The translations under genes and the position numbers were made by a program. The notes beneath the pieces are model-generated. The model did no database searches, was not told where the DNA came from, and worked only from the letters and a program-made list of their open reading frames with translations. A DNA stretch of 63,677 nucleotides, counting the filler. It is 6 parts of 6 records of this genome, joined end to end, with 100 filler letters (N's around TTAATTAATTAA, not from the genome) between each part and the next. Parts side by side here need not be neighbours in the genome. Positions count along the whole stretch, not along the records: positions 17,558 to 23,797 come from SRR22947725_1115; positions 23,898 to 30,363 come from SRR22947725_1117; 4 more parts are not named here. One strand, written 5' to 3'. Of the stretch, positions 18,402 to 29,489 are shown piece by piece (position 1 is the stretch's first letter; each line of letters opens with the position of its first letter).

Positions 18402-20162
18402 CTTTTCAATATCTTTTAATGAAAGACTTATAGAAGTAGGCCTACCATGATTACATTGACCTGAATTAGGAGTTATTTCCATTTCTCTTAGTAAATTATT
18501 CATTTCAGTTTCATTTAAAACTCGTCCTGACCGAACAGACCTGTGGCAAGCAATATTTCCTAATATCAAGTCAACTTTGGCAAGATAGGACGATGGTAGA
18601 CCAGCTGAGGATAAATCATCCCCTAAATCAATAATAATTTGTTTTATATCTGCGTGCCCAATTAGCGCCGGAATTTCTCTAACTATAACCATACCTGCAC
18701 CGAAAGGTTCAATAACAAAACCTATTTCTGATAATAAATCTATATTTTCTATGATTAAAGCTAATGGTATTGGCTGAAGATTTATTACTTCTGGAAGTAA
18801 TAAAATTTGCTTTTCAATAGATTTATTTACTCGTGCAGACTTCATTTTTTCTAATACCAACCTCTCATGAGCTGCATGCTGATCTACTATCACAATACCA
18901 TTTGAATTTCTTGAAATTATATAGTTTTTATTGAATTGCGCGAGAGCAACGCCCAAAGGAAAGTCATCTTGTTGATCATTTGGCGGTGTTGGATTTTCTT
19001 CATTGATACTTTTGATAGATTTTATTGATGGAGAAAGTTTATTATTTTCAAAGAATGTTTGAGTTTCATTAACATAGTTTTCTATGTTTATGTTTTTGTA
19101 TGTCTCAAACCGAGTTATTGCCTCTTTGGAAATATCACCTGTAGTTCGACTAAAGCTAGCATTTAATTCACGGCTAATTGATCCAACTAATAAACTTCTT
19201 ATCAAAGCATTATCTTGAAATCTAACCTCTGTTTTACCTGGATGAACATTTACATCTATAAACTCACTGGGAACCTCTATAAATAGACAGAAAAGAGGAA
19301 ATCTACCTTTTGGAAGTGTATCACGGTAAGCAGCTCTTATCGCACCTGATAAATTTCTATCTTGAATACACCTCCCGTTTACAAATAAATATTGCTGATT
19401 ATGATTTGATTTGTTCATAGTGGGCAGACTAATTAAACCATGTATCTTTGCAAATTTTTCTTCTTTAATAGGTTTGACATTATTTATTTTTATAGCTTCC
19501 TCTGTAAAATTCTGACCCATAACATTTGTTATTCTATTCAAAAATAAATCATCGGAATTGAGTTCTGGTTTAATATTTAATAATTCTCTACCATTTGCTT
19601 GAAATTTAAAGCCAATCTTTGGATTTGCCAAAGCTTGCTTTAATATCATTTGATTACAATAACCGCTTTCAACTTGAGAAGATTTCAAAAATTTCAATCG
19701 AGCAGGTGTTGCATAAAAAAGTTTTTTTACAGATATAATAGTCCCTGATTGTCTAGAAGAAGGATAAATTTCTTTAACAGTACCTGCAATTACATCTAAA
19801 GACCAAGCCTCATCAGATTTTATAGATCTTGTTTGAATACTTAGTTCACTTACTGCAGCAATTGAAGGAAGAGCCTCTCCCCTAAAACCTAGATAATCTA
19901 TCTTGATTAGATCATTTTTAGGTAACTTTGATGTGGCATGTCTTTCAACTGCCAAAGGGACATATTTTTTTTCTATTCCAATTCCATTGTCAGATACTGA
20001 TATTAAATTTTTACCACCATCTTCAATTAAAATGTTTATTTGAGTTGATTTAGCGTCAATGGCATTTTCAATTAACTCTTTAAGTGCCGATGACGGTCTT
20101 TCAACAACTTCACCCGCCGCAATTTGATTAATAAGGTTATCCGGAAGTTTTCTGATTTCCAT
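18384..20162 (-). CDS. mutL: DNA mismatch repair endonuclease MutL
   Basis: NQIAAGEVVERP, KELIENAIDA, GFRGEAL, DQHAAHER, CNHGRP. Confidence 0.96.
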   Translation of the reverse strand: MEIRKLPDNLINQIAAGEVVERPSSALKELIENAIDAKSTQINILIEDGGKNLISVSDNGIGIEKKYVPLAVERHATSKLPKNDLIKIDYLGFRGEALPSIAAVSELSIQTRSIKSDEAWSLDVIAGTVKEIYPSSRQSGTIISVKKLFYATPARLKFLKSSQVESGYCNQMILKQALANPKIGFKFQANGRELLNIKPELNSDDLFLNRITNVMGQNFTEEAIKINNVKPIKEEKFAKIHGLISLPTMNKSNHNQQYLFVNGRCIQDRNLSGAIRAAYRDTLPKGRFPLFCLFIEVPSEFIDVNVHPGKTEVRFQDNALIRSLLVGSISRELNASFSRTTGDISKEAITRFETYKNINIENYVNETQTFFENNKLSPSIKSIKSINEENPTPPNDQQDDFPLGVALAQFNKNYIISRNSNGIVIVDQHAAHERLVLEKMKSARVNKSIEKQILLLPEVINLQPIPLALIIENIDLLSEIGFVIEPFGAGMVIVREIPALIGHADIKQIIIDLGDDLSSAGLPSSYLAKVDLILGNIACHRSVRSGRVLNETEMNNLLREMEITPNSGQCNHGRPTSISLSLKDIEKLFNRA

Positions 20163-20174
20163 TTAAAGTCTTTA

Positions 20175-20693
20175 TCATTTAATAACTATTGGTTTTCCAG
20201 AATTTATATCAAGAGCCGGAGTAGGGCTTGAATTTGGTTTTTCTCCTGATAACTTATTGTTTCTAAGTCTTAATGCTTCTTTTTTCCCATTCAAAACCGT
20301 TCCAGTCTTAGGAACATTACCAAACAAAATATCAATTCCCCTTCTTTCACTTAAGGAAACACCTAATGTTTCTTCATCAACAATTTTTCTAATATCTTTT
20401 GGAATGTCTTTTGAAATAAATAACTCTTTAAAACTTGAGATATTATTTGTATCATTAATTTTTATCTTTTCACTTAAACTAAAATTTTCTTTCACTAATG
20501 CGTTTTTATTTTTAAAAACTTCAGGGTCAATATTATATCCAGGTGGCACTAAAAGAGAGGGTGTGGTTGAAACTAAAAATTCATCTGGTATTACTTTTTC
20601 TTTTCCAACAGCTTTTCTAAAATCAGAACAACTTGAAATTGACATTATTAAAGGCAAAAAACAAAATGACATTTTAAAAAATTTACTTTTCAT
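20175..20693 (-). CDS. Alphaproteobacterial lipoprotein (DUF3035-like)
   Basis: Lipobox-like ISSC, then GKEKVIPDEFLV..PSLLVPP; sits in the usual position downstream of lspA. Start re-called at 20693. Confidence 0.65.
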   Translation of the reverse strand: MKSKFFKMSFCFLPLIMSISSCSDFRKAVGKEKVIPDEFLVSTTPSLLVPPGYNIDPEVFKNKNALVKENFSLSEKIKINDTNNISSFKELFISKDIPKDIRKIVDEETLGVSLSERRGIDILFGNVPKTGTVLNGKKEALRLRNNKLSGEKPNSSPTPALDINSGKPIVIK

Positions 20694-21171
20694 AATAAGA
20701 ACTCTCAGAAGTAAAAAATTGATTAAAGAGAAATAAACCTGCACCAATGAATATTACTGTATCAGCAAGATTGAACGCTGGCCAGTGTAAATCTTCAATA
20801 TAAAAGTCAATAAAGTCAACAACTTTACCATAGATTATTCGGTCAATAGCGTTACCTATTGCTCCACTAGCTATCAATATAAAGCCAAGAGATGAATATC
20901 TAGGTAACTTAAAAGAAGAGAGTATTAACCAAACACTGACCGAAAGCGCAAAAATTGTTAGCCCATACCTACCAATTTGTCCTAAATCTTGTAAAAACCC
21001 AAACGAGATTCCACTATTCCAAACTGGTGTAAACGATAAAAATGATGTTAATTTAATTGACTTATATTCAATAAATAAGTTTTCTATTGCCCATGATTTT
21101 GTAAGATAATCTAACGCAACAAATATAATCAAAATTAATGTTAGATTAAATATTCCAAAGTTTTTTTTCAT
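20683..21171 (-). CDS. lspA: Lipoprotein signal peptidase II
   Basis: DYLTK, WNSGISFG, GAIGNAIDR, VVDFI, WPAFNLAD; start ATG 21171. Confidence 0.93.
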   Translation of the reverse strand: MKKNFGIFNLTLILIIFVALDYLTKSWAIENLFIEYKSIKLTSFLSFTPVWNSGISFGFLQDLGQIGRYGLTIFALSVSVWLILSSFKLPRYSSLGFILIASGAIGNAIDRIIYGKVVDFIDFYIEDLHWPAFNLADTVIFIGAGLFLFNQFFTSESSYYEK

Positions 21172-21175
21172 TAAA

Positions 21176-23797
21176 TTAACGCTTAACCACAATCGAACAT
21201 CTGTTGCAAATTTCAACTTCATCTTTCACTTCTTTAACAACTTTCCAACATCTCAAACATTTTCCACCAGAAGCAAGTTCAACTTCTACATTCATAGAGT
21301 TGTTTTCTAATTGATTATTCAAATTTACTTCTACATCAGAACAGATAAAAAGTTCAGGTAAGTCAATGTCTTTTAGTTTTTCATGTACATTTTCATTAGC
21401 GCCGATAATTACCTTTGCCTGTAAGCTTGAACCTAACAAACCTTCTTTCCTTTTTTCTTCTATTGCAGTTGTAACAACTGATCTAAATTCTCTAATTTCA
21501 GACCATTTATTTCCTAACATTTCATTATGCCAATTTATGTTTGACTTAAAATAGGTTTGAAGATGTACAGAATTTTCAGGATCTTTATACCTGTTTTGCC
21601 ATGCTTCTTCAGCTGTAAAACAAATAATTGGTGCCAACCAAGTTGTTAAAGATTTAAATAAAATATCCATAACAGTTCTACATGCACGTCTGCTTTTACC
21701 ATTTAATTCATCGCAATATAAAGTGTCTTTCCGTATATCAAAGTAAAACGCAGATAAATCAATAGTACAAAAATTATGAATATCTGTATAAATATCATGG
21801 AGATTAAAATTTTTCGTATTTTCTAGAATTTTGTTACTTAATTCAGAAACTCTATGCAATACCCATTGTTCTAACTCAGGCATTTCATTAAAATCTACTT
21901 CTTCATTTCTTTCAAATCCGTTAAGTGCACCTAAGAGATACCTCAATGTATTCCTTAACCTTCTATAATGATCAGCGTGCCTTACAAGGATTTCTTTACC
22001 AATTCTTAAATCATCATAATAATCAGAACCAACAACCCATAAACGTAAAATATCAGCTCCAAACTCATTAATCACTTTTTGAGGTGCTGTAATGTTTCCA
22101 AGGGATTTTGACATTTTACGACCCTGTTGATCTAAAACAAAACCATGTGTTAATACAGCATCATATGGAGCTCTTCCTCTTGTTCCACAGCTTTCTAACA
22201 AAGAAGAATGAAACCAACCTCTATGCTGATCAGTGCCTTCTAAGTACAGAGAAGCTGGCCAAAATAAATCGTCTCTATCTTCTAAAACAAAAGCGTGAGT
22301 AGAACCTGAGTCAAACCAAACATCAGCAATATCCATTACAGCTTCATAATCATCAGGATTATATTTTGAACCTAGAAAATAGGATGATGGCTTTTGAAAC
22401 CATGCATCCGCACCTTCAACTTTAAATGCCTCTACAATTTTATCAACAACGTCTTGATCTCTCAAAGGTTCTTGTGTTTTTTTATTTACAAAAATAGCTA
22501 GAGGCACACCCCATGCCCTTTGCCTTGATATACACCAATCCGGCCTATCTTCAATCATTTTGGTAAGTCGATTTTCTCCTTGTGGAGGGTAGAAGGTAGT
22601 TTCAGACAGCGCCTTGAGGGCAGTATCTCTTAGATCATTTGTTTTCATGGATATGAACCACTGTGGAGTTGTTCTAAAAACAAGCGGTGCCTTTGATCGC
22701 CAACTGTGAGGATAAGAATGTTTTAAAGTCCCTCTCCCAATTAAAGCACCATGCTCTGACATTATATCCGCAATTTTTTCATTATCTTTCAAAACTCGAA
22801 GACCACCTAAAAGAGGTAATTTATCGTCTAATATACCATTGTCTGAAACAGTTTCAGGTATTGGTAGGTTATTTTTTTTACCTAACTCAAAATCGTCGGA
22901 ACCATGTCCTGGAGCAATATGAACAAAGCCAGTACCTTGATCAGTTGTAACAAAATCAGCTTCTAATAATAGGACCTCATGATCATAACCAAACTTATTT
23001 AATGGATGACCGAGAATAGATCCTTTTAAGTCATCACCCTTTAATTTATTTGAAATTTTATAATCAGATATCAACAATTCTTTTATGACTTCTTCTAATA
23101 AATCAGAAGCTATTAAAATTTTGTCACCTCTCTTTGCTAAAGAATTTTCTTCAACATCTGAAATATCTAATAATGAATATTCAATATCTTTACCATAAGC
23201 AACAGCGCGATTGCCTGGCATTGTCCATGGAGTAGTTGTCCAGATTATAATTTCATGGCCAGTTAAATTATTATTTGGTGATTTTAAAATAGGAAATCTA
23301 GCAAATATAGTTGTACTAATGTGATCATGATATTCTATTTCAGCCTCAGCAAGTGCCGTTTTTTCAACCGGTGACCACATAACTGGCTTAACACCTCTAT
23401 ATAAACCACCATTCATAAGAAATTTACCAATTTCAGACATTATACGAGCTTCAGACTCATATTTCATAGTAGAATAAGGTGCCTTCCAATCCCCATACAC
23501 ACCTAATCTCTGGAACTCTTCTGATTGAATATCCATCCATTTTTTTGCAAAGTCTCTACACTCTTTTCTAAACTCAACAACAGGGATATCGTCTTTACTC
23601 TTTTTCTTTTTTCTGTAGTTTTCTTCTATCTTCCATTCAATCGGCAAACCATGACAATCCCAGCCAGGTACGTAATTAGCATTTTTACCCATCATAGATT
23701 GAGACCGATTAATTACATCTTTGATAATTTTATTTAATGCATGCCCTATGTGTAAGTTACCATTCGCATATGGAGGTCCGTCATGCAGTATAAACGG
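21176..23797 (-). CDS. ileS: Isoleucine--tRNA ligase (5' truncated by contig end)
   Basis: The frame continues to the contig edge with [20 protein letters not shown]; also [20 protein letters not shown] and the C-terminal CLRCW zinc motif. Confidence 0.96.
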   Translation of the reverse strand, partial: PFILHDGPPYANGNLHIGHALNKIIKDVINRSQSMMGKNANYVPGWDCHGLPIEWKIEENYRKKKKSKDDIPVVEFRKECRDFAKKWMDIQSEEFQRLGVYGDWKAPYSTMKYESEARIMSEIGKFLMNGGLYRGVKPVMWSPVEKTALAEAEIEYHDHISTTIFARFPILKSPNNNLTGHEIIIWTTTPWTMPGNRAVAYGKDIEYSLLDISDVEENSLAKRGDKILIASDLLEEVIKELLISDYKISNKLKGDDLKGSILGHPLNKFGYDHEVLLLEADFVTTDQGTGFVHIAPGHGSDDFELGKKNNLPIPETVSDNGILDDKLPLLGGLRVLKDNEKIADIMSEHGALIGRGTLKHSYPHSWRSKAPLVFRTTPQWFISMKTNDLRDTALKALSETTFYPPQGENRLTKMIEDRPDWCISRQRAWGVPLAIFVNKKTQEPLRDQDVVDKIVEAFKVEGADAWFQKPSSYFLGSKYNPDDYEAVMDIADVWFDSGSTHAFVLEDRDDLFWPASLYLEGTDQHRGWFHSSLLESCGTRGRAPYDAVLTHGFVLDQQGRKMSKSLGNITAPQKVINEFGADILRLWVVGSDYYDDLRIGKEILVRHADHYRRLRNTLRYLLGALNGFERNEEVDFNEMPELEQWVLHRVSELSNKILENTKNFNLHDIYTDIHNFCTIDLSAFYFDIRKDTLYCDELNGKSRRACRTVMDILFKSLTTWLAPIICFTAEEAWQNRYKDPENSVHLQTYFKSNINWHNEMLGNKWSEIREFRSVVTTAIEEKRKEGLLGSSLQAKVIIGANENVHEKLKDIDLPELFICSDVEVNLNNQLENNSMNVEVELASGGKCLRCWKVVKEVKDEVEICNRCSIVVKR

Positions 23798-23897
23798 NNN
23801 NNNNNNNNNNNNNNNNNNNNNNNNNNNNNNNNNNNNNNNNNTTAATTAATTAANNNNNNNNNNNNNNNNNNNNNNNNNNNNNNNNNNNNNNNNNNNN
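23798..23897. other. Artificial contig linker
   Basis: 44N-TTAATTAATTAA-44N. Confidence 0.97.
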
Positions 23898-24023
23898 ATA
23901 AATAAAGATGATGTATCATATTGTTCTACTGGCGGGGGTGCATTTTTAGAATTTATGGAAGGCAAAGAACTCCCTTCTATTGAAGCCTTGGGTAGAGAAA
24001 AACTGGATAAGGAGAAAAAATGA
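23898..24023 (+). CDS. pgk: Phosphoglycerate kinase, C-terminal fragment
   Basis: Manual translation [20 protein letters not shown]; its stop overlaps the aldolase start (ATGA). Confidence 0.88.
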   Translation: MNKDDVSYCSTGGGAFLEFMEGKELPSIEALGREKLDKEKK

Positions 24024-25039
24024 CTTTAGATAACATAGAAAAAATAGCCTCATATATAGTTTCTGAGGGCAAAGGGATTTTAGCTGCAGATGAGAGCAAT
24101 CCCACTTGCGGCAAGCGTTTTGATACTATTGGCGTAGAAAATATAGAAAGCAACAGAAGAGATTATAGAGAGATGCTGTTTAGATCCTCAGGCCTTAAAG
24201 GCAACATTGGAGGCGTTATCCTTTTTGATGAAACCTTAAGACAAAATGCAAAAGATGGCACCCCGTTAATAGATATCATGAATGCGGAAGGCGCCTTGCC
24301 GGGTATAAAGGTTGATAAGGGCTTGGTCCCAATCCAAGATGGTTCAGAGGAAGTTATCACAAAAGGTCTGGATGGTCTCGATGAGAGACTTAAAGAGTAC
24401 ACTGCCATTGGAGCAAAATTTACAAAGTGGCGTGCAGTTATAAAAATTGGAGATGGCATGCCAACAGACAAATGTATAGATGGCAATGCAGATGCCTTGG
24501 CGGAATATGCCAAGCTAGCTCAAAATAACGGACTGGTACCTATAGTTGAGCCTGAAATTTTGATGGACGGCCATCACACAATAGAGCAATCTTTTGATGC
24601 GTCATCAAGAGCTCTTGCAAGTTTATTTAATTCATTAAAGAATAAAGATGTAAATTTGAAAGGAGTATTGCTCAAGCCAAGCATGGTCACTCCAGGATCT
24701 GATGCAGCAACCAAAGCAAGTGTTGATGATGTTGCAAACATGACTCTTAAGTCTCTTAAAGAGAATGTTCCTGCAGAAGTTCCAGGTATAACTTTCCTTT
24801 CTGGAGGCCAAACAGAAGTTGAAGCCACAGAACATCTCGATGCAATGAATAAGATAGGTGGCTTTGAATGGAAATTAAGCTTTTCATATGGAAGAGCGCT
24901 TCAGGCCGGAGCACTTAAAGCCTGGTCAGGAGATGCTGAAAATGTCTTTATTGCACAAGATATTTTATCTCATAGAGCAAAAATGAATAATTTAGCAGCT
25001 CAGGGCAAATGGGATAAAGGCCTTGAAGAAGACTTTTAA
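24020..25039 (+). CDS. Class I fructose-bisphosphate aldolase
   Basis: [57 protein letters not shown]. Confidence 0.93.
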   Translation: MTLDNIEKIASYIVSEGKGILAADESNPTCGKRFDTIGVENIESNRRDYREMLFRSSGLKGNIGGVILFDETLRQNAKDGTPLIDIMNAEGALPGIKVDKGLVPIQDGSEEVITKGLDGLDERLKEYTAIGAKFTKWRAVIKIGDGMPTDKCIDGNADALAEYAKLAQNNGLVPIVEPEILMDGHHTIEQSFDASSRALASLFNSLKNKDVNLKGVLLKPSMVTPGSDAATKASVDDVANMTLKSLKENVPAEVPGITFLSGGQTEVEATEHLDAMNKIGGFEWKLSFSYGRALQAGALKAWSGDAENVFIAQDILSHRAKMNNLAAQGKWDKGLEEDF

Positions 25040-25069
25040 AAGATTTTAAATAAATTATTGGAGAATTTA

Positions 25070-25657
25070 ATGGAAATTAAGCACATATCAATTTTTTGTG
25101 GAGCGCATGAGGGCAACAATCCTATATATGCCAAAGAAGCCAAATCAGTTTCTGAGTTAATAGCAAAAAAAGGAGTAAATGTTGTATTTGGTGGAGGAAA
25201 TGTTGGGTTAATGAAGGTTATCTCAGATACAGCTATTGATAATGGCGTAGAGGCATTAGGAATTTCTCTGCGCTCTCTATACGAGCTTGAGCTTGTAAAC
25301 CCAAGGATAGACGAGGTTGTCGTAGCAGAAACTCTCCTAGATAGAAAGGATGTATTCATGGACAGATCTGATGCATTTGTAGTACTTCCTGGAGGTGTTG
25401 GTTCCTTGGATGAGCTGGCTGAGGTTATGGCTAGCAATCAGTTAGGAATAATTAATAAGCCCATCGGGATACTAAATACTGCTGGCTATTACGATCACTT
25501 AATAGCTTGGATGGTAAAAGCGGTTGAAGAAGGGTTTATAACAAAAGCTAATTTTGATGATTTAATAATTGCAGAAACTCCAGAAGAGCTGGTCGAAGCA
25601 ATACTTTCAAATAAGAGGCCTGCAGACACTGATTGGACAAATAGACTAGGCCTTTAA
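25070..25657 (+). CDS. LOG-family nucleotide phosphoribohydrolase (TIGR00730-like)
   Basis: IFCGA, VFGGGNVGLM, RK..F..PGGVGSLDE, GYYD. Confidence 0.85.
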   Translation: MEIKHISIFCGAHEGNNPIYAKEAKSVSELIAKKGVNVVFGGGNVGLMKVISDTAIDNGVEALGISLRSLYELELVNPRIDEVVVAETLLDRKDVFMDRSDAFVVLPGGVGSLDELAEVMASNQLGIINKPIGILNTAGYYDHLIAWMVKAVEEGFITKANFDDLIIAETPEELVEAILSNKRPADTDWTNRLGL

Positions 25658-25658
25658 A

Positions 25659-26360
25659 CTATCTTTCTTTACTTATAAGAAGACCTATTTCAAATAATAA
25701 CCACATTGGGATAGCTAAAAAAAGCTGTGAAAATATATCTGGAGGCGTTAAAAGCATCCCTATAACAAAAAACAACAGAATAAGATAAGGCCTTGAAGTC
25801 GCTAGAGTAGATTTTTTAACAACACCAGAACTTACAAGAAGAAAAGTTGCTATTGGCATTTCAAAAGCAATACCGAATGCAAATACAAGCTTCATTACGA
25901 AGCCTATGTATTGTGTAATATCTGTCATTACTATTACTGACTCAGGCGCAATGCCAATAAAGAACTTAAATATAATTGGACACACAACAAAATATGCAAA
26001 TGCTACCCCCATGGTAAATAAAATTACTGTAGAAAATATTAATGGGCCAACAAAAGATTTCTCATTCTCAAACAAACCAGGAGCAATAAATGACCATAAC
26101 TCATAGAAGAAGTAGGGCATAGATATTAAAAATGCAGAAAATATAAGTAACTTAAAGGGCGCCATAAACGGTGAAGTTACTTGAGTGGCGATCATCGAGC
26201 TATTCTCTGGGAATGATGCAAGCAAAGGGGATGCAAAAAAACTGAATAGATCAGAAGCAAATGGAGCACCTATTACAATAGCAACAAATATAAAAAGAAT
26301 AACTCTTAACAGCCTACTTCTAAGCTCAAGAAGATGTGAGATTAAGGAGTCTTTACTCAT
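25659..26360 (-). CDS. tatC: Twin-arginine translocase subunit TatC
   Basis: HLLELRSRL, WSFIAPGL, FEMP, LTPPDIFSQ. Confidence 0.93.
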   Translation of the reverse strand: MSKDSLISHLLELRSRLLRVILFIFVAIVIGAPFASDLFSFFASPLLASFPENSSMIATQVTSPFMAPFKLLIFSAFLISMPYFFYELWSFIAPGLFENEKSFVGPLIFSTVILFTMGVAFAYFVVCPIIFKFFIGIAPESVIVMTDITQYIGFVMKLVFAFGIAFEMPIATFLLVSSGVVKKSTLATSRPYLILLFFVIGMLLTPPDIFSQLFLAIPMWLLFEIGLLISKER

Positions 26361-26601
26361 CTTTTTTAAGCTTGGCAGATAAATCTAACTCTTCCATCCT
26401 CATCTCATTAAAAACATCTTTTTTTATTTCATCAGTTCCAATCTCTAACTCAAGGTCATTTTTAAACTTAAATATTGAATGCTGAATTTTTTTGTAAATT
26501 TTGATAATAAACTTTACTGCATTAGGCAACCTTGTTGGCCCAATTATAAATAGCCCAACAACAAGTATCAATAAAACCTCTAGAAACCCAACTTGAAACA
26601 A
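26353..26601 (-). CDS. tatB: Twin-arginine translocase subunit TatB
   Basis: MFQVGFLEVLLILVVGLFIIGPTRLP; lies between tatA and tatC. Confidence 0.85.
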   Translation of the reverse strand: MFQVGFLEVLLILVVGLFIIGPTRLPNAVKFIIKIYKKIQHSIFKFKNDLELEIGTDEIKKDVFNEMRMEELDLSAKLKKDE

Positions 26602-26604
26602 TTT

Positions 26605-26760
26605 TTATTCTTCTTCTTTTTTAGAATCTTCTTTAACACCCTCTTTAAAGCCTTTAACAGCTCCGCCAAGATCAGATCCAATATTTTTTAATTTTTTAGT
26701 ACCAAAAATTAGACCAACTATGAGAAGAATAATTATCAGCTCTTGCCATCCAAATCCCAT
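26605..26760 (-). CDS. tatA: Twin-arginine translocase subunit TatA (51 aa, below the ORF-track cutoff)
   Basis: Manual translation [46 protein letters not shown] ribosome-binding site upstream. Confidence 0.93.
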   Translation of the reverse strand: MGFGWQELIIILLIVGLIFGTKKLKNIGSDLGGAVKGFKEGVKEDSKKEEE

Positions 26761-26774
26761 ATATATCTCCTAAA

Positions 26775-28259
26775 TTATTTTGAATACATTGCCAATGCAA
26801 TAATAAATATTATAACAATTACACAGGCCCTTATCATGAATTTTTCTTTTTGAATTTGAATCTCCATCTTCCTGATTTTAATTTCATTAGCGCTCTTATG
26901 TTTTGCTAAACCTCTCAACTCGTCAAGAGTTTCATAAACAATAGAAGGAAGCTCAGATGCCTTATGTAAAATATCTTCTTTATTATTTAATATAAAGTCT
27001 TTCAACTTTAGAGGGTTAAGTTGATCCTTTAACCAATTATCTAGATATGGTTCAGCAATGCCCCAGAAATCTAATTTAGGATAAATCTGTCTGCCCATAC
27101 CCTCAATATGTATTAGCGTCTTCTGCAACAGAACTAGAGATGGTTGAAGTGAAAGTCCGAATGAGCGAGTGCTTTGAAAAAGGTATAAAAGCAATTTACC
27201 AAACTCAATCTCAGATAGCGGCTTCTCAAATATTGGTTCACAACATGCCCTTAGAGTATTTTCTAGATCTATTTGGTTTGATGATGCATCCACCCATCCA
27301 GATGAAATAAATAGCTGAGACAGAGATTTATAATTTTGCTTCAAAACCGCCTGTAACATTCTTGCGAGAATATATCTTTCTTCGTTAGAAAGCGATCCAG
27401 AGATAGCACAGTCTATTGCTATGTATCCAGGATTATCTGGATTATTTCTAGCCACAAAAATATTTCCAGGATGCATGTCAGCATGGAAGAAATTATCTCT
27501 AAATACTTGATTCAAAAAAATCATTACGCCATTTTCAGCTAGTAATTTTTTATTAATTCCATGGTCTTCAATTTGCTTTATATCTGTACATGGAATTCCA
27601 TCTATCTTTTCGACTACCATTATCTTAGATGTTGTTAATTCCCAATATATCTCTGGGATGTAAAGCTCATCTGAGCCAAGGAAATTTTTTCTTGTAAGAC
27701 TAGTATTTGAGGCTTCTAATCGAAGGTCAAGCTCCCTAAGAATCGTTGTTTCATAGTTTTTAACAACTTCTAAAGGCTTTAGTCTGTTACTTTCTTTATA
27801 AGTAGAATCAATGATTCTTGCAACAGCTTTCAGGACCTTAAGATTTCGTCTAACATCTCTTTCAATATTTGGCCTTAGAACTTTTATTACAACTGATTTT
27901 CCATCTTTTAATGTGGCTTCATGGACCTGAGCTAAAGATGCAGCAGCCAATGGCTGCTCATTAAAATTATCAAAAACATTTTCTATTGAATTGCCCAATT
28001 CATCCTCTACTATTTTTCTAAGCTTCGAGGTCTCAAAAGGCCTGCATTGATCAGTTAGCACCTGAAGATCTTTGGCAGTTTTCTCATCAAGAATATCAGT
28101 TCTAGTAGACAGTAACTGACCAAATTTTATAAATATAGGGCCAAGTGATTGGAGATAATTTACAGCTTTTATTCCATTGGGTGCAAAGAAGATGTTGTTT
28201 CTAACTCCCAAAATACCCATTCTCGTAAGTTCATATATGACAACAAAGAAATTAATCAT
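26775..28259 (-). CDS. ubiB: Ubiquinone biosynthesis kinase-like protein UbiB
   Basis: LGPIFIKFGQLLSTR, AAASLAQVH, FFHADMHPGN, LLQKTL..EG; in the ubiE-J-B-tat order. Confidence 0.92.
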   Translation of the reverse strand: MINFFVVIYELTRMGILGVRNNIFFAPNGIKAVNYLQSLGPIFIKFGQLLSTRTDILDEKTAKDLQVLTDQCRPFETSKLRKIVEDELGNSIENVFDNFNEQPLAAASLAQVHEATLKDGKSVVIKVLRPNIERDVRRNLKVLKAVARIIDSTYKESNRLKPLEVVKNYETTILRELDLRLEASNTSLTRKNFLGSDELYIPEIYWELTTSKIMVVEKIDGIPCTDIKQIEDHGINKKLLAENGVMIFLNQVFRDNFFHADMHPGNIFVARNNPDNPGYIAIDCAISGSLSNEERYILARMLQAVLKQNYKSLSQLFISSGWVDASSNQIDLENTLRACCEPIFEKPLSEIEFGKLLLYLFQSTRSFGLSLQPSLVLLQKTLIHIEGMGRQIYPKLDFWGIAEPYLDNWLKDQLNPLKLKDFILNNKEDILHKASELPSIVYETLDELRGLAKHKSANEIKIRKMEIQIQKEKFMIRACVIVIIFIIALAMYSK

Positions 28260-28768
28260 TAATAAGACCTTGCTTCTAATCTATCAATTCTTATATGAAG
28301 ATCTCGAAGTTGTTTATGAAGGCTCCGTGCTTTAGATTCTATATTACCTTCTCTTAAAAATATCTTATTGAAGAGCTGAGAAGAAATAAAAGCCGCATTA
28401 TTTCCAAAATGTTTTTCAACTAAATAAATAATATCTACATTTGATTTTTCAATTAAATTAAAAAAAACCATAGCAAGCTCCACATCGCCTTGGATAATTT
28501 GTTTTGCTATCTTTTTTTTAACAACAATATTGATAAGGTCATCAAGCCCAGCATTAATTTCAAAATTTAGATCCTTATAACCTGCAAATCCTATTTTTTT
28601 TGTATTTCTATCTAAGTCAACATAGATAGGGAAATACCCCTTTACTTCAATCTTAAAAGATAGAGGGTATAGCTCATAAAACGAACGTCTAGTATTAGGT
28701 GAGGCTTCCTCCAGATCTTTAATAAGCTCTGAAATAATGTTTTTTATTTTAGTTTTTATTGGCGACAT
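28259..28768 (-). CDS. ubiJ: UbiJ-like (SCP2 domain) accessory protein, divergent
   Basis: Position between ubiE and ubiB, IQGDVELA, C-terminal LRDLHIRIDRLEAR; start uncertain. Confidence 0.6.
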   Translation of the reverse strand: MSPIKTKIKNIISELIKDLEEASPNTRRSFYELYPLSFKIEVKGYFPIYVDLDRNTKKIGFAGYKDLNFEINAGLDDLINIVVKKKIAKQIIQGDVELAMVFFNLIEKSNVDIIYLVEKHFGNNAAFISSQLFNKIFLREGNIESKARSLHKQLRDLHIRIDRLEARSY

Positions 28769-29489
28769 GAATTGCAACAATACCATTAAATAAATTATAA
28801 AACCTACAACTGTTAAAACCGGAGCTAATAACCATCTCTTTTAAAGACTCCTGGTTAGGATGCATTCTTATTGACTCTGCTAAATATTGGTAACTATCAC
28901 TATCATTTGCCAATATAGAACCAAGTTTTGGAAGGACATTAAATGAATACCAGTCATATATTTTTGAAAAAGTTTTATTCTTAGGTTTTGAGAATTCTAA
29001 AATTAAAAGCCTGCCTTCATCTTTTAGACAACGATTCATCTCAGCAATACCAGCCTCTTTATTTGTAAAATTTCGTAAGCCAAATCCAATTGTAATCACA
29101 TCAAATGTTTTATCGTTAAATGGTAAAGCCTCACCATTCAACTGACAAAAATGGCAGTTCTTGTCAAAACTTTCGTTGATTGAACGGTCTCTTCCTTCTC
29201 CTAGCATTTCCATATTTATATCAGTCATGAAAACTTCTGTTGATGGATATTCTCTTGAAATAAGTTTTGCAATATCTCCAGTCCCACTTGCTATATCTAG
29301 TACCTTGTCATTGTTTTCAATGCCAGAAAGCTCAATAAGAATTTTTTTCCAGATTCTATGCATTCCCATAGACATTGCATCATTCATTACATCATAGTTT
29401 TCTGCTACAGAAGAAAAAACGCCTTTAACATGGCTCTGTTTCTCATTAACATCAACCTCTTTAAAGCCAAAATGTGTTCTATTCTTCAT
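28749..29489 (-). CDS. ubiE: Demethylmenaquinone/ubiquinone C-methyltransferase
   Basis: THFGF, VFSSVAENYDVMND, LDIASGTGD, FGLRN, YQYLAESIRMHP. Confidence 0.95.
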   Translation of the reverse strand: MKNRTHFGFKEVDVNEKQSHVKGVFSSVAENYDVMNDAMSMGMHRIWKKILIELSGIENNDKVLDIASGTGDIAKLISREYPSTEVFMTDINMEMLGEGRDRSINESFDKNCHFCQLNGEALPFNDKTFDVITIGFGLRNFTNKEAGIAEMNRCLKDEGRLLILEFSKPKNKTFSKIYDWYSFNVLPKLGSILANDSDSYQYLAESIRMHPNQESLKEMVISSGFNSCRFYNLFNGIVAIHVANKN

